This document shows positions 56,283 through 64,000 of a stretch of 64,000 nt of DNA, one piece after another. The DNA comes from a virus. Numbering within the stretch: the first letter of the stretch is position 1; every line of letters starts with the position of its first letter. Both the position numbers and the translations under genes were made by a program. The stretch spans positions 1-64,000 of IMG/VR virus record IMGVR_UViG_3300023184_000029; one strand, 5' to 3'. A model generated the notes under the pieces. That model was given only the letters and a program-made list of their open reading frames with translations. It was not told the DNA's origin and did no database searches.

Positions 56283-56601
56283 AAGGCTTAACTCTCCAAC
56301 CTAAATTTAATAAATCATTTCTTATAACTTCTGTAACTATTCCCTCACTAACATAGCCATTCTTTTCTTCTGAATATATTCCACTACAATAGTAATCTAA
56401 ATAGTTTCCACCCTTATTTACTAATTCTGCTACTATTCCGCCAGAATATCTCCAGCTACAAGTCCACTCTTGTTCTTCATAAAAGAATCTATTATTAGAT
56501 AAGGCAGCATATAGATTCTGACTATAAACAGAGTCTTTGCACTTACTTCTAATTAGATCGCTATTTAATAGATCTTTTTCCAAGTCTGGATATTGGGTCA
56601 T
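56269..56601 (-). CDS. Hypothetical protein, paralogue of 62815-63180
   Basis: YSQNLYAALSNNRF...WTCSWRYSGGIVAEL shared. Confidence 0.8.
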   Translation of the reverse strand: MTQYPDLEKDLLNSDLIRSKCKDSVYSQNLYAALSNNRFFYEEQEWTCSWRYSGGIVAELVNKGGNYLDYYCSGIYSEEKNGYVSEGIVTEVIRNDLLNLGWRVKPYENI

Positions 56602-56879
56602 TCCTGCACCTTGCTTCCCATATCATAAGGGTATCCATCTTCAGGGTCTTCACTATAAACATCCTCATAGTGATTATCCCACCAAGGAATTTTAGTATCT
56701 GGTAAATTTTGATCAGATTCGTTATTATTTAGGTTTGTATTCATTTAAATACTTTAATGTGTGTATTATATTAGTTAAAATAGAAGAATCAAATTCTCTC
56801 TCAAAGGGAATAAAAACCCAAGCATTATTGTCTACATTTTTAATATAATAACCATATTCGCTTTTATAGTGTGGACTAT

Positions 56880-57149
56880 TCATGTTTTACTCTTAAATTG
56901 AACTATCGGCAACCTACTAGATTGTATCAATTGGTCTAAAGTTTGTAAAGAGGCTGAGTTTAAACTTCTAAGATAGTCATCAAAACTATTCCAGTCTTTT
57001 TTATCTATTATTAACCAATATTCTCTTTCAGAATAGCCCATAGAATCTTCACTATGACATTCTACTCGTCCAGCAGCCCATTTATCTCCATTTTCTTCTA
57101 ACCATTTAGAATTCATGATTAGTTCTTGTACCAAATAATAATACCACAT
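56880..57149 (-). CDS. Hypothetical protein
   Basis: 89 aa ORF (true start may be MNSKW). Confidence 0.6.
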   Translation of the reverse strand: MWYYYLVQELIMNSKWLEENGDKWAAGRVECHSEDSMGYSEREYWLIIDKKDWNSFDDYLRSLNSASLQTLDQLIQSSRLPIVQFKSKT

Positions 57150-57150
57150 T

Positions 57151-57333
57151 TTATGTTATACCACTCTCTATTTCATAGATCATCTTATTAATTGGTTGAA
57201 TATTATTCTCAATAATCATATCTCTAGGCTTCTTATTATCAAATGCTGGATTTGGAGTATCTAGCCAAGAATCAATAAATTCTTCTTTTACTATTCTTTT
57301 CAGTCTTTCTTTAAGATCATCTATGGTTTTCAT
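57151..57333 (-). CDS. Xre/MbcA/ParS antitoxin C-terminal-like domain protein
   Basis: WLDTPNPAFDNKKPRDMI pattern. Confidence 0.65.
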   Translation of the reverse strand: MKTIDDLKERLKRIVKEEFIDSWLDTPNPAFDNKKPRDMIIENNIQPINKMIYEIESGIT

Positions 57334-57548
57334 TGTAATCCTAACTCTTGATCAAGTTCGCTCAATTTATTTAGTGCTTGTAGTCGCTGATAGTTTAAGC
57401 CCGCCACAAACCCACACTGAAAATAGTAAAAATCATTAGCTGTTCCTTCGTGATCTCCCTCTATCCATATTTCTCTGGCTAATTCTTTGGCTCGACTATA
57501 GCCAGATTCTATACTCTCTTTTTGTTTTTGTTGCCAAGTTTTTTTCAT
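57330..57548 (-). CDS. Hypothetical protein
   Basis: 72 aa ORF in operon. Confidence 0.65.
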   Translation of the reverse strand: MKKTWQQKQKESIESGYSRAKELAREIWIEGDHEGTANDFYYFQCGFVAGLNYQRLQALNKLSELDQELGLQ

Positions 57549-58036
57549 TTTTCTTTTTCTCTTTTTTCGTATTCTTTTTGGGTTAGATATGTCCCATCTG
57601 CTTTTTTGCTAGTAAACTGCCCCATACCCATACAATGTCCACAAATGGTCTTAGACATTTTCGGCCCAGCAGCACCATATTCTTGAAGTAAAATTTGGTA
57701 ATGGGAGTTTACGCTGTCGCAGTAATCATAGTGTTCGCCATATGGCAGTTTAACACATTTTGAGCATCTGTCAACTAATAAATGTTTATTGAGCCACAAA
57801 GCCATCTTGGCATCAAACATAATTTTGTTAACATCTTCAACTCTTTCTCCTGTTCCATCGCAATAGATACAAGATATTAGGTGTTTCTTGTAATATAACT
57901 CTAGTCTTTTTGCTTTAAGATAGTCATAAAGATTGTATTTATCTGGGGGTATGGCGAAGTATAATACAATTATAAAACCAACGCATCCAACTATGGATAT
58001 AAAATCATAGAAAGTAAAAGGTTTGATATTATTCAT
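57545..58036 (-). CDS. Membrane-anchored protein with DnaJ-type CxxCxGxG repeats
   Basis: N-terminal TM; CIYCDGTG and CGHCMGMG. Confidence 0.65.
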   Translation of the reverse strand: MNNIKPFTFYDFISIVGCVGFIIVLYFAIPPDKYNLYDYLKAKRLELYYKKHLISCIYCDGTGERVEDVNKIMFDAKMALWLNKHLLVDRCSKCVKLPYGEHYDYCDSVNSHYQILLQEYGAAGPKMSKTICGHCMGMGQFTSKKADGTYLTQKEYEKREKEK

Positions 58037-58236
58037 TTGACGTCTTTGTAGTTATGATCATAGATATGTGGATTGTTTTCTATAATATTTAACCAATTGT
58101 TCTCAACTCCTAGTTGATCACAAACAAAACTATAAAAGGATAAGCCCTCATAATCATGTTCTGGATATGATCCATTCTGCTTATCGTACTTTGTAACAAA
58201 TTGCTCTAGAATATCTAAGAATTGTTGATTATTCAT
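58033..58236 (-). CDS. Hypothetical protein
   Basis: 67 aa ORF in operon. Confidence 0.6.
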   Translation of the reverse strand: MNNQQFLDILEQFVTKYDKQNGSYPEHDYEGLSFYSFVCDQLGVENNWLNIIENNPHIYDHNYKDVK

Positions 58237-58426
58237 CTTTTCCCCTATAAAATATTACCACATGACTTCCATAATCTGTAGTTACAAAAATTTTTCGCTC
58301 ATCATATTCTACATGATGTTCATAACACAAATCTTCTGCTTCTCGTAACAATTGCTTTAAAGTAACCGGCCCATATAAATCTTTCTCTATTATCTTGTGG
58401 TCGCTCATAGATAAGCCTCGCCCCAC
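58229..58426 (-). CDS. Hypothetical protein
   Basis: 65 aa ORF in operon. Confidence 0.55.
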   Translation of the reverse strand: MGRGLSMSDHKIIEKDLYGPVTLKQLLREAEDLCYEHHVEYDERKIFVTTDYGSHVVIFYRGKDE

Positions 58427-58635
58427 ATATATTTTCCTCTTACTGTTCTACCATATCTATTAATTGTAAACTCACCAGCGTCAGGAAATTTTTCTTCCCA
58501 TTTACAATCGTGTCTTTTTAACCAATCAACAGCATCATAATAATTATGAAATATCAAACATTTTGGTATTGGCCCTACTGGCATAAGACTATCAATATCT
58601 GTTTGGTCGAAATATATTACTAGTTTATTCATCAT
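58405..58635 (-). CDS. Hypothetical protein
   Basis: 76 aa ORF in operon. Confidence 0.55.
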   Translation of the reverse strand: MMNKLVIYFDQTDIDSLMPVGPIPKCLIFHNYYDAVDWLKRHDCKWEEKFPDAGEFTINRYGRTVRGKYMWGEAYL

Positions 58636-59057
58636 ATATTTTCCACATTCTTTTCTATAATATCAGCAATAGTAGAAAACTTTTTACCATCATCATTAAG
58701 ATCAGCAAGACATTCTTCAGTATTATATTTAAAACCTGTGATATCAATATTGCTAACAATAAAATTTCCTAGATGTTTTTTGATACCAGCCCATTTTCTC
58801 ACCGCTTGTGGCAAACCACCATCCACTGTATTAAATCTTACAAAACTTGTACCCGACACATCATCTTCCATTTCTTCAGTAAGAAGGGCTTTTTTATGAT
58901 TTTTCTTCATGGTTTCATTATACAATTCACAAAGAACACCCAAACAGCAATGTCTTGGTTCGTTCTTACTAGTAAATTGTTTCAGATAACCTTTACCCTG
59001 TTTATATTTGCCGCTTCGTAAAGCCTTTACCCATTTTTTAGCAATATCTTTTTTCAT
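58632..59057 (-). CDS. Hypothetical phage protein
   Basis: WVKALRSGKYKQG...CCLGVLCEL...LNDDGKKFSTIADIIE. Confidence 0.75.
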   Translation of the reverse strand: MKKDIAKKWVKALRSGKYKQGKGYLKQFTSKNEPRHCCLGVLCELYNETMKKNHKKALLTEEMEDDVSGTSFVRFNTVDGGLPQAVRKWAGIKKHLGNFIVSNIDITGFKYNTEECLADLNDDGKKFSTIADIIEKNVENI

Positions 59058-59193
59058 TTTTTCTCCAGTTCATTTACTCTGTCTTGTAACCCTTGAACAA
59101 CCATAATATTCATTCCTAATCTGTTGCTTAATTCTGCAATTCTTTGAAAACAAAAAAGCAGTAGCAAAAATACGATAATGTCAAAAAATAGTT

Positions 59194-59508
59194 TCATGAA
59201 TTTTTCTCTTGTTGTTCCAAGAAAAGCTTCTTGTATCCTTCGTTGATTTTAACTTGTACTCCATCAGTATGAAATATGCTAAACTTAGTTTGATATAATG
59301 GTAAATTAATACCGATAACCTTGTTAGTTTTGCTGCATCTAACCAAACTAATATCTGCTCCTTCGCCTTTTATCCATTCATTATAAACACAAGCAGCGTT
59401 ATCCAAAATTAACTCTACTCTATCTGATTCTTTATCAATCCATAAAGTCGCAGAAGGTTCGTAAGTTCTAGATTCCTCTAGAAATGCGTCCCAATCAAAA
59501 TTGTCCAT
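59194..59508 (-). CDS. Hypothetical protein
   Basis: 104 aa ORF with AAGGA RBS. Confidence 0.65.
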   Translation of the reverse strand: MDNFDWDAFLEESRTYEPSATLWIDKESDRVELILDNAACVYNEWIKGEGADISLVRCSKTNKVIGINLPLYQTKFSIFHTDGVQVKINEGYKKLFLEQQEKNS

Positions 59509-59529
59509 GATTTTTTATTCCTTCAAATT

Positions 59530-59679
59530 TCATTTTGGTCCCACATCATTAGTTTTAAAGTTTGGATTGATAAAATAGTAAAATAATTCATATAGTTCAT
59601 AAACTAAAACAACAGATAAAAATACTGTTTGTAATATCAAAAAACCGAAAAAACAATAAAATAGTAAATATTTTAACAT
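59530..59679 (-). CDS. 49-aa membrane peptide (not in ORF track)
   Basis: MLKYLLFYCFFGFLILQTVFLSVVLVYELY... open to TGA at 59530. Confidence 0.45.
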   Translation of the reverse strand: MLKYLLFYCFFGFLILQTVFLSVVLVYELYELFYYFINPNFKTNDVGPK

Positions 59680-59759
59680 GGCAGGTGAGGTATCATTACC
59701 AATACTCTGAAAATAACACCGATATCAAAGACCAATATTCCAGATCTAGGCTTTATTTT

Positions 59760-59982
59760 CTCATATCAGTCAAATCCCATTCTCCTTTTCCTTGTCTTAC
59801 CATGTTTGTTATATTGAAAACGCCCCGATTATCGTTGGTTAATGCTCTTTCACATACGAGCATTAGAGCAACAGGACGTTACACGCTGGAGATCAACCCA
59901 GCGGCGTCGGTTAATTCCGATCTTGTTCATTTTGGTGTATATTATAATGGGATTGTGTTGCAGACTTTCCTCTAATCATACA
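59760..59982 (-). ncRNA. Candidate structured non-coding RNA
   Basis: Behind a consensus promoter; core about 48% GC; 9-bp long-range helix plus several hairpins; only short ORFs on this strand. Confidence 0.45.
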
Positions 59983-59986
59983 ATGT

Positions 59987-60015
59987 ATTATACCAGAAAC
60001 CTGAGTGTTTGTCAA
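59987..60015 (-). promoter_or_regulatory. Consensus sigma70 promoter
   Basis: TTGACA-AACACTCAGGTTTCTGG-TATAAT (17 bp, extended -10). Confidence 0.85.
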
Positions 60016-60058
60016 CTGCAACTTGACAACATTTGGGTTTTCTGTTTTTAAGGGTCTG

Positions 60059-60673
60059 ATGATGGTTATCATCGTAAAAGAATGTAATAGATGTAAAGAA
60101 TATAAGTTATTAGAAAATTTTTATAACGCCAAAAACAGACTATTCAACAAGGCTTCTCATTGTAAAAAGTGCGATAATGCTTTTGGTAAAAATCGTCGTA
60201 GAAAAAACCCAGCAATAACAAAAGAAAAAGAACAAAAATATAGAGAAAAAAATAGATCAAAAATAAGACAATACTATGAAGATAATAAAGAAAAATTCAA
60301 TGAACAAGCAAGAAGGTACAGAAAAATTAAACAGGAATCTGATCCTATTTTTCGGATTGGGCATAGTTTAAGATGTAGACTTAGAGGAGCATTAGCAGGA
60401 ACGTCAAAATCAGCGGAGACATTAGAACTGTTGGGATGTTCTGTGGAAGAACTTAAAAAACATTTAGAAAACCAATTTGTAAAAGGTATGACTTGGGGTA
60501 ACTATGGGTTGCGTGGTTGGCATATAGACCATATTATTCCATGTGCTAGTTTTGACTTAACCAAAGAAGAAGAACAAAGAAAATGTTTTCATTATTCTAA
60601 TCTACAGCCCTTATGGGCTAAAGATAACTATGCCAAAGGAGATAAAATCTATAAATCTTCTCCAGTATTATAG
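60059..60673 (+). CDS. HNH homing-type endonuclease, inverted relative to neighbours
   Basis: CNRC..CKKC; WHIDHIIPC..FDL...CFHYSNLQPLWAKDN; likely start 60059; paralogue of 41784-42404. Confidence 0.85.
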   Translation: MMVIIVKECNRCKEYKLLENFYNAKNRLFNKASHCKKCDNAFGKNRRRKNPAITKEKEQKYREKNRSKIRQYYEDNKEKFNEQARRYRKIKQESDPIFRIGHSLRCRLRGALAGTSKSAETLELLGCSVEELKKHLENQFVKGMTWGNYGLRGWHIDHIIPCASFDLTKEEEQRKCFHYSNLQPLWAKDNYAKGDKIYKSSPVL

Positions 60674-60885
60674 TCGATAACTGGCTTATCACAAGCCAGA
60701 ATCATTCTTTCTAGTTGCCATTTTAGACCTTCAGTATCATCACTAATAACATAGGATGGTTTCTCAGATATATTTACAATATCTCCATTCTCATCAGTAT
60801 ATGCCTCATGAATACCATAACTAATATCAGTATCTCCAAGAGGAATTTTGGTAACTTGCTTCACGACCCTGTGTGACCAACTCAT
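60649..60885 (-). CDS. Hypothetical protein
   Basis: MSWSHRV...YGIHEAY...LERMILACDKPV. Confidence 0.7.
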   Translation of the reverse strand: MSWSHRVVKQVTKIPLGDTDISYGIHEAYTDENGDIVNISEKPSYVISDDTEGLKWQLERMILACDKPVIDYNTGEDL

Positions 60886-61112
60886 TATTCTATCTCCATA
60901 AGATTTAGATATAACTCAGTAGTTAATATGTCAATATCTTTAATCTCATCTTCTGAAAAGACATCATAGAAATTTGCTCTAGAAAACTCACTAATATCAC
61001 CAATATGAGTAGGAGAACCTATATCATTAGTATTTTTCCAGAACTTTAGTTGTTGTTCTAGAAAATCTATAACTTTAAGTTGTTTGTTTGAGGGTTTCAT
61101 TTTTTGATCCAT
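60885..61112 (-). CDS. Hypothetical protein
   Basis: 75 aa ORF in operon. Confidence 0.6.
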   Translation of the reverse strand: MDQKMKPSNKQLKVIDFLEQQLKFWKNTNDIGSPTHIGDISEFSRANFYDVFSEDEIKDIDILTTELYLNLMEIE

Positions 61113-61369
61113 CCATTATGTAAATTTACCACATATTCCGCTGTTTCTTTATCTATACTACCATCTGGTATAATATATTCAAATTCATCAACTCTTTCAG
61201 TTTCGCCCACTGTATTCTTATACAATATCTTTTCAGTTGGTAATATGATTCTGCACCAACAACTTTCTCCAACATTACAGGTTTCTAATTTCCAAGGTAT
61301 AGTTAAACTGTGACTTTGGGCTTCATCGTAGCTGTCAAATATTTTTTCAGACATTTGATAGCCTCTCAC
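61097..61369 (-). CDS. Hypothetical protein
   Basis: 90 aa ORF in operon. Confidence 0.6.
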   Translation of the reverse strand: MRGYQMSEKIFDSYDEAQSHSLTIPWKLETCNVGESCWCRIILPTEKILYKNTVGETERVDEFEYIIPDGSIDKETAEYVVNLHNGWIKK

Positions 61370-61637
61370 GAAAATTTAGCAACTCATTCAAGTTTGCTTT
61401 TTCTCTTTCTAGATTTTCTTTTTGATATTGTATTTTATAGTCTATATCTTCTATGGTCGCCAACCTAATTTCTTCACAATGTCTTAAACCATAATACCAA
61501 TCTTCTTTTGAACTAAAAAAAGTTTTTCCATACCAAGGGTCTTGATTTGCCTCAAAAATAGACAAAACTCCACCTTTATGACCTAGTAGACAGATTATAT
61601 CTCCCTTTTTCCAATTGGGAATATTTTGCATTTTCAT
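61347..61637 (-). CDS. Hypothetical protein
   Basis: 96 aa ORF in operon. Confidence 0.6.
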   Translation of the reverse strand: MKMQNIPNWKKGDIICLLGHKGGVLSIFEANQDPWYGKTFFSSKEDWYYGLRHCEEIRLATIEDIDYKIQYQKENLEREKANLNELLNFRERLSNV

Positions 61638-62017
61638 ACTGGCTGAGTACCATATAGTCTTTCAGCAAACCATATGGCACGATCTTTATCAGATGTTAAA
61701 TTTAAATCCACGCTCTTTCGCTCATTGTAGTCTAGTTTCCAATACCTATCAATACCAAACTTTTCCCAAGTGGACAAATCATAATCGGTCATAGAAGTTC
61801 TATAACCTGATGGTTTATTCTCATCGTAAATATGTTCAAAAACATCACGAACAATAACAATTTTAGTATTGCTGTCAAGATTATCCCAGTGCTGAGTAAT
61901 CCAATCTTGAATTGCTCCCGGCACATAAGTGTGTCGCCCAAGAGCATATCGCAATGCTGACAGTACCATAATCCCACCATTAGTATCACAGTTAAATTTT
62001 GATTTTTTAGTTTTCAT
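61634..62017 (-). CDS. Hypothetical protein
   Basis: 127 aa; SALRYALGRHTY segment. Confidence 0.7.
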   Translation of the reverse strand: MKTKKSKFNCDTNGGIMVLSALRYALGRHTYVPGAIQDWITQHWDNLDSNTKIVIVRDVFEHIYDENKPSGYRTSMTDYDLSTWEKFGIDRYWKLDYNERKSVDLNLTSDKDRAIWFAERLYGTQPV

Positions 62018-62092
62018 TACACTAATTTAGAACCATTATGGGCAAAAGAAAATTTATCTAAAGGAAATAAAAGCAGCGTTTCAATCTTATAG
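62012..62092 (+). pseudogene. C-terminal remnant of a third HNH endonuclease
   Basis: Reads FHYTNLEPLWAKENLSKGNKSSVSIL*, matching the ends of both intact HNH genes. Confidence 0.85.
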
Positions 62093-62171
62093 AAACCCTG
62101 CCGAAACTTTACGGTTGTTAATTTTAATCCTAGATACCCGCGACTAAGAACCTTTCGGCATCAACTGTTTT

Positions 62172-62199
62172 ATTCTATCAGACTATCGGCACTTGTCAA
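62172..62199 (-). promoter_or_regulatory. Sigma70 promoter with CCGAT spacer motif
   Basis: TTGACA-AGTGCCGATAGTCTGA-TAGAAT. Confidence 0.8.
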
Positions 62200-62837
62200 T
62201 ACTCATCTTTAACCAAAGAGTAGGTTTCTAACTCGTCTAAACAGACAAATTTAGTATTTTCATACATTGTAGTTTTTGATTGATGATAATGAGCATGAAT
62301 CCACAATTTAGGCTGATGAATTTTGTACAATTCTCCCAAAGCCCAATTAGTAATATTCTCATATATTCTACCATAAGGGCCAATATAATTAGTAGCCATA
62401 AAATCTGGGCAATCATGAGACAACATAACATCGGGCTTGATTGAACCATAAAGTTCTCTAGCTTGCATAAATCCTTCAATATTAATTTGTTCATCTTCCC
62501 ACCAATCAATACCTATAGTTCGATATTGTCTATCAATGCTATACGCTCCAGCATACCAAAAAAAATCTAACCCATTAAAATCTACCATATAGCCATAATC
62601 GGGAAGAAAATGTGGATAATTTTTTGCTAATACTGTGTTGTCATGATTGCCTCTGATAATAAGATGTTTAGTATGATCAACACTATCTAATGTTTCATAT
62701 TTGGAAAGGCCAAAATCTCCTATCTGAATAGTATATTCATGTCGATCTTTTTGACGAATGATCTCATGGTAACTTCTATATTTCTGGTGACAATCTCCTA
62801 TGATAGTAATTTTATTACTCATAACTTCCCCAATCAT
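62196..62837 (-). CDS. Calcineurin-like metallophosphoesterase
   Basis: GDCH, IGDFG, RGNHD, SHDCP, WIHAHYH. Confidence 0.9.
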   Translation of the reverse strand: MIGEVMSNKITIIGDCHQKYRSYHEIIRQKDRHEYTIQIGDFGLSKYETLDSVDHTKHLIIRGNHDNTVLAKNYPHFLPDYGYMVDFNGLDFFWYAGAYSIDRQYRTIGIDWWEDEQINIEGFMQARELYGSIKPDVMLSHDCPDFMATNYIGPYGRIYENITNWALGELYKIHQPKLWIHAHYHQSKTTMYENTKFVCLDELETYSLVKDEY

Positions 62838-63180
62838 TTCTATAAATACCCGGTTTTAATTTAGGCTCATAAGGTTTGATTGTCCACCCTAACTGTAATA
62901 AATCTTCTCTTATTTCATCTGTTACAAATCCTTCAGATACATAATCATTTTTATCACTAATTCCAGAACAATACCAATCCATATAATCTTCTTTGTGTGG
63001 ATTTCTTAATTCGGCTACTATTCCACCGCTCATTCTCCAAGAGCAAGTCCATTGTTCACCATTTTTTAAAAACCTATTATTGCATAATGCAGCGTACAAA
63101 TGCTGACTATAAATTTCACTATTATAGCATTTATCAGCAATAAATTTTGTGTGTAGAAGTTCGTATTCTAAATCAAACAT
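62815..63180 (-). CDS. Hypothetical protein, paralogue of 56269-56601
   Basis: YSQHLYAALCNNRF...WTCSWRMSGGIVAEL shared. Confidence 0.8.
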   Translation of the reverse strand: MFDLEYELLHTKFIADKCYNSEIYSQHLYAALCNNRFLKNGEQWTCSWRMSGGIVAELRNPHKEDYMDWYCSGISDKNDYVSEGFVTDEIREDLLQLGWTIKPYEPKLKPGIYRNDWGSYE

Positions 63181-63185
63181 AATTA

Positions 63186-63479
63186 TTACTTGTGCTTTTT
63201 CTTTTTCTTAATCGGTTTTGAATGTACCATTTCTTCTAGTCTCATAACATAAGCATCAGTATTAGCGTTTTGTAGAGTTCTATCCATTCTTTCTTGAGAC
63301 TTTTTCTGTTTATATTGTTTAAGCTTAATAGTTATACCGCTAAGACCATAATATGCCATCAATATTGGTGAGGTTAATATAACAAGAAATGTTAATAGGC
63401 CCAACATACATAGTACATAAAACATACCACTGGTTATTAGTTCACATAGCGGAATAATATTATCATCAACAAAACTCAT
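63186..63479 (-). CDS. Membrane protein
   Basis: Long hydrophobic N-terminus, basic tail. Confidence 0.65.
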   Translation of the reverse strand: MSFVDDNIIPLCELITSGMFYVLCMLGLLTFLVILTSPILMAYYGLSGITIKLKQYKQKKSQERMDRTLQNANTDAYVMRLEEMVHSKPIKKKKKHK

Positions 63480-63691
63480 GATTTATACTCATCTAGATTA
63501 AAAGCTTGTTTAAAAGTAACAAAAAGATCATTAGTATGAAGTTCTACTAAAATTGCTAAACCCTCAAGAACATTAACAATCTGATCATTATCTAGTTGAT
63601 AATCGGAGATATTCTTTGATATTAATCTAATTTGATCAGAAAAATTTGAAGTATTTAGTATTTGTTCTTCCAGTTTAAATCTATCACTCAT
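63476..63691 (-). CDS. Hypothetical protein
   Basis: 71 aa ORF in operon. Confidence 0.65.
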   Translation of the reverse strand: MSDRFKLEEQILNTSNFSDQIRLISKNISDYQLDNDQIVNVLEGLAILVELHTNDLFVTFKQAFNLDEYKS

Positions 63692-63878
63692 TATATTGTT
63701 CCTTTACATAGTCTCCTAAAAAATTGTATAAGTCATTAAGTTGCTCTCTGTTCAACCTTAATTCGTATCTTTCATTACTAAAATTAGTTAAACGCAATAG
63801 AAAAGGACGATATTTTAGAAATGGATTAGATACTATCTCTATAAGATCATTGCTTAGGTCCAATGAGTCAATTCTCAT
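63684..63878 (-). CDS. Hypothetical protein
   Basis: 64 aa ORF in operon. Confidence 0.55.
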   Translation of the reverse strand: MRIDSLDLSNDLIEIVSNPFLKYRPFLLRLTNFSNERYELRLNREQLNDLYNFLGDYVKEQYNE

Positions 63879-64000
63879 AACTAATTATCCTTTTCCCACG
63901 GGAATATAATCCACCCATCCTCTATATCCCTATCTATAGTTCTTGCTCTATAATCAATCTTAAAACTCTGAGACTTATTAAATATTAATGAGCAAGTTTT

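Noticed and set aside
59815-59935. Hammerhead, pistol or twister ribozyme in the GC-rich segment
   Set aside because: No CUGAnGA/GAAA core, and the pistol or twister pseudoknot pairings could not be formed by eye
59955-59975. RNase P RNA, suggested by GAGGAAAGTCTG (CR-I-like) on the minus strand
   Set aside because: The motif sits about 10 nt from the predicted TSS, leaving no room for P1-P3, and no CR-V/P4 partner (ACAnAAnnnGGCUUA-like) was found; kept only as an unassigned RNA candidate
59685-60051. Plus-strand ORFs 59685-59975 and 59842-60051
   Set aside because: No RBS or recognisable motif; they overlap a strong minus-strand promoter and a structured region
59950-60673. HNH gene as the ORF of a group I or II intron
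   Set aside because: No P/Q/R/S core or domain V found around it, and the flanking genes are not split
1-64000. Stop-codon reassignment (alternative genetic code)
   Set aside because: Conserved genes (guaC, ruvB, ligase, rIIA, uvsE) are full length in code 11, and TAA, TAG and TGA all occur as real stops; in-frame stops were noticed only at 6215-6250

Overview
This is an AT-rich (roughly 30% GC by eye), densely coding segment of a large tailed-phage genome in standard genetic code, almost entirely on the minus strand. Left end (1-8.2 kb): Pro/Thr-repeat, Gly-rich and beta-helix-like putative virion proteins, small membrane proteins and a papain-like peptidase. 8-31 kb: auxiliary genes (DeoC-like protein lacking its catalytic lysines, ClpP-like protease, sigma factor, PAP2 phosphatase, ferritin-like protein, GuaC, SET domain, macrodomain, S8 and S1 proteases, actin-like ATPase, RuvB plus a mini RuvA-CTD protein) around a ~13 kb glycosyltransferase/methyltransferase region that includes an inverted 4-gene block. 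31-64 kb: early-type region of many small ORFs behind repeated sigma70 promoters, with a RepB-like primase, rIIA/rIIB, ATP-dependent ligase, Ogg-like glycosylase, EndoVII, UvsE, ThyX, a deaminase, a metallophosphoesterase, two intact HNH nucleases and one remnant. Highlights absent from the ORF track: a tRNA-Leu(UAA) split by a 196-nt group I intron, a complete tmRNA (tag GVNQLALAA), a degenerate tRNA-like element and a promoter-driven GC-rich structured RNA candidate divergent from an HNH gene. An oppositely oriented CarF/TMEM189-type lipid desaturase with 8 His is also notable. Product calls come from motif recognition only; no database searches were run.
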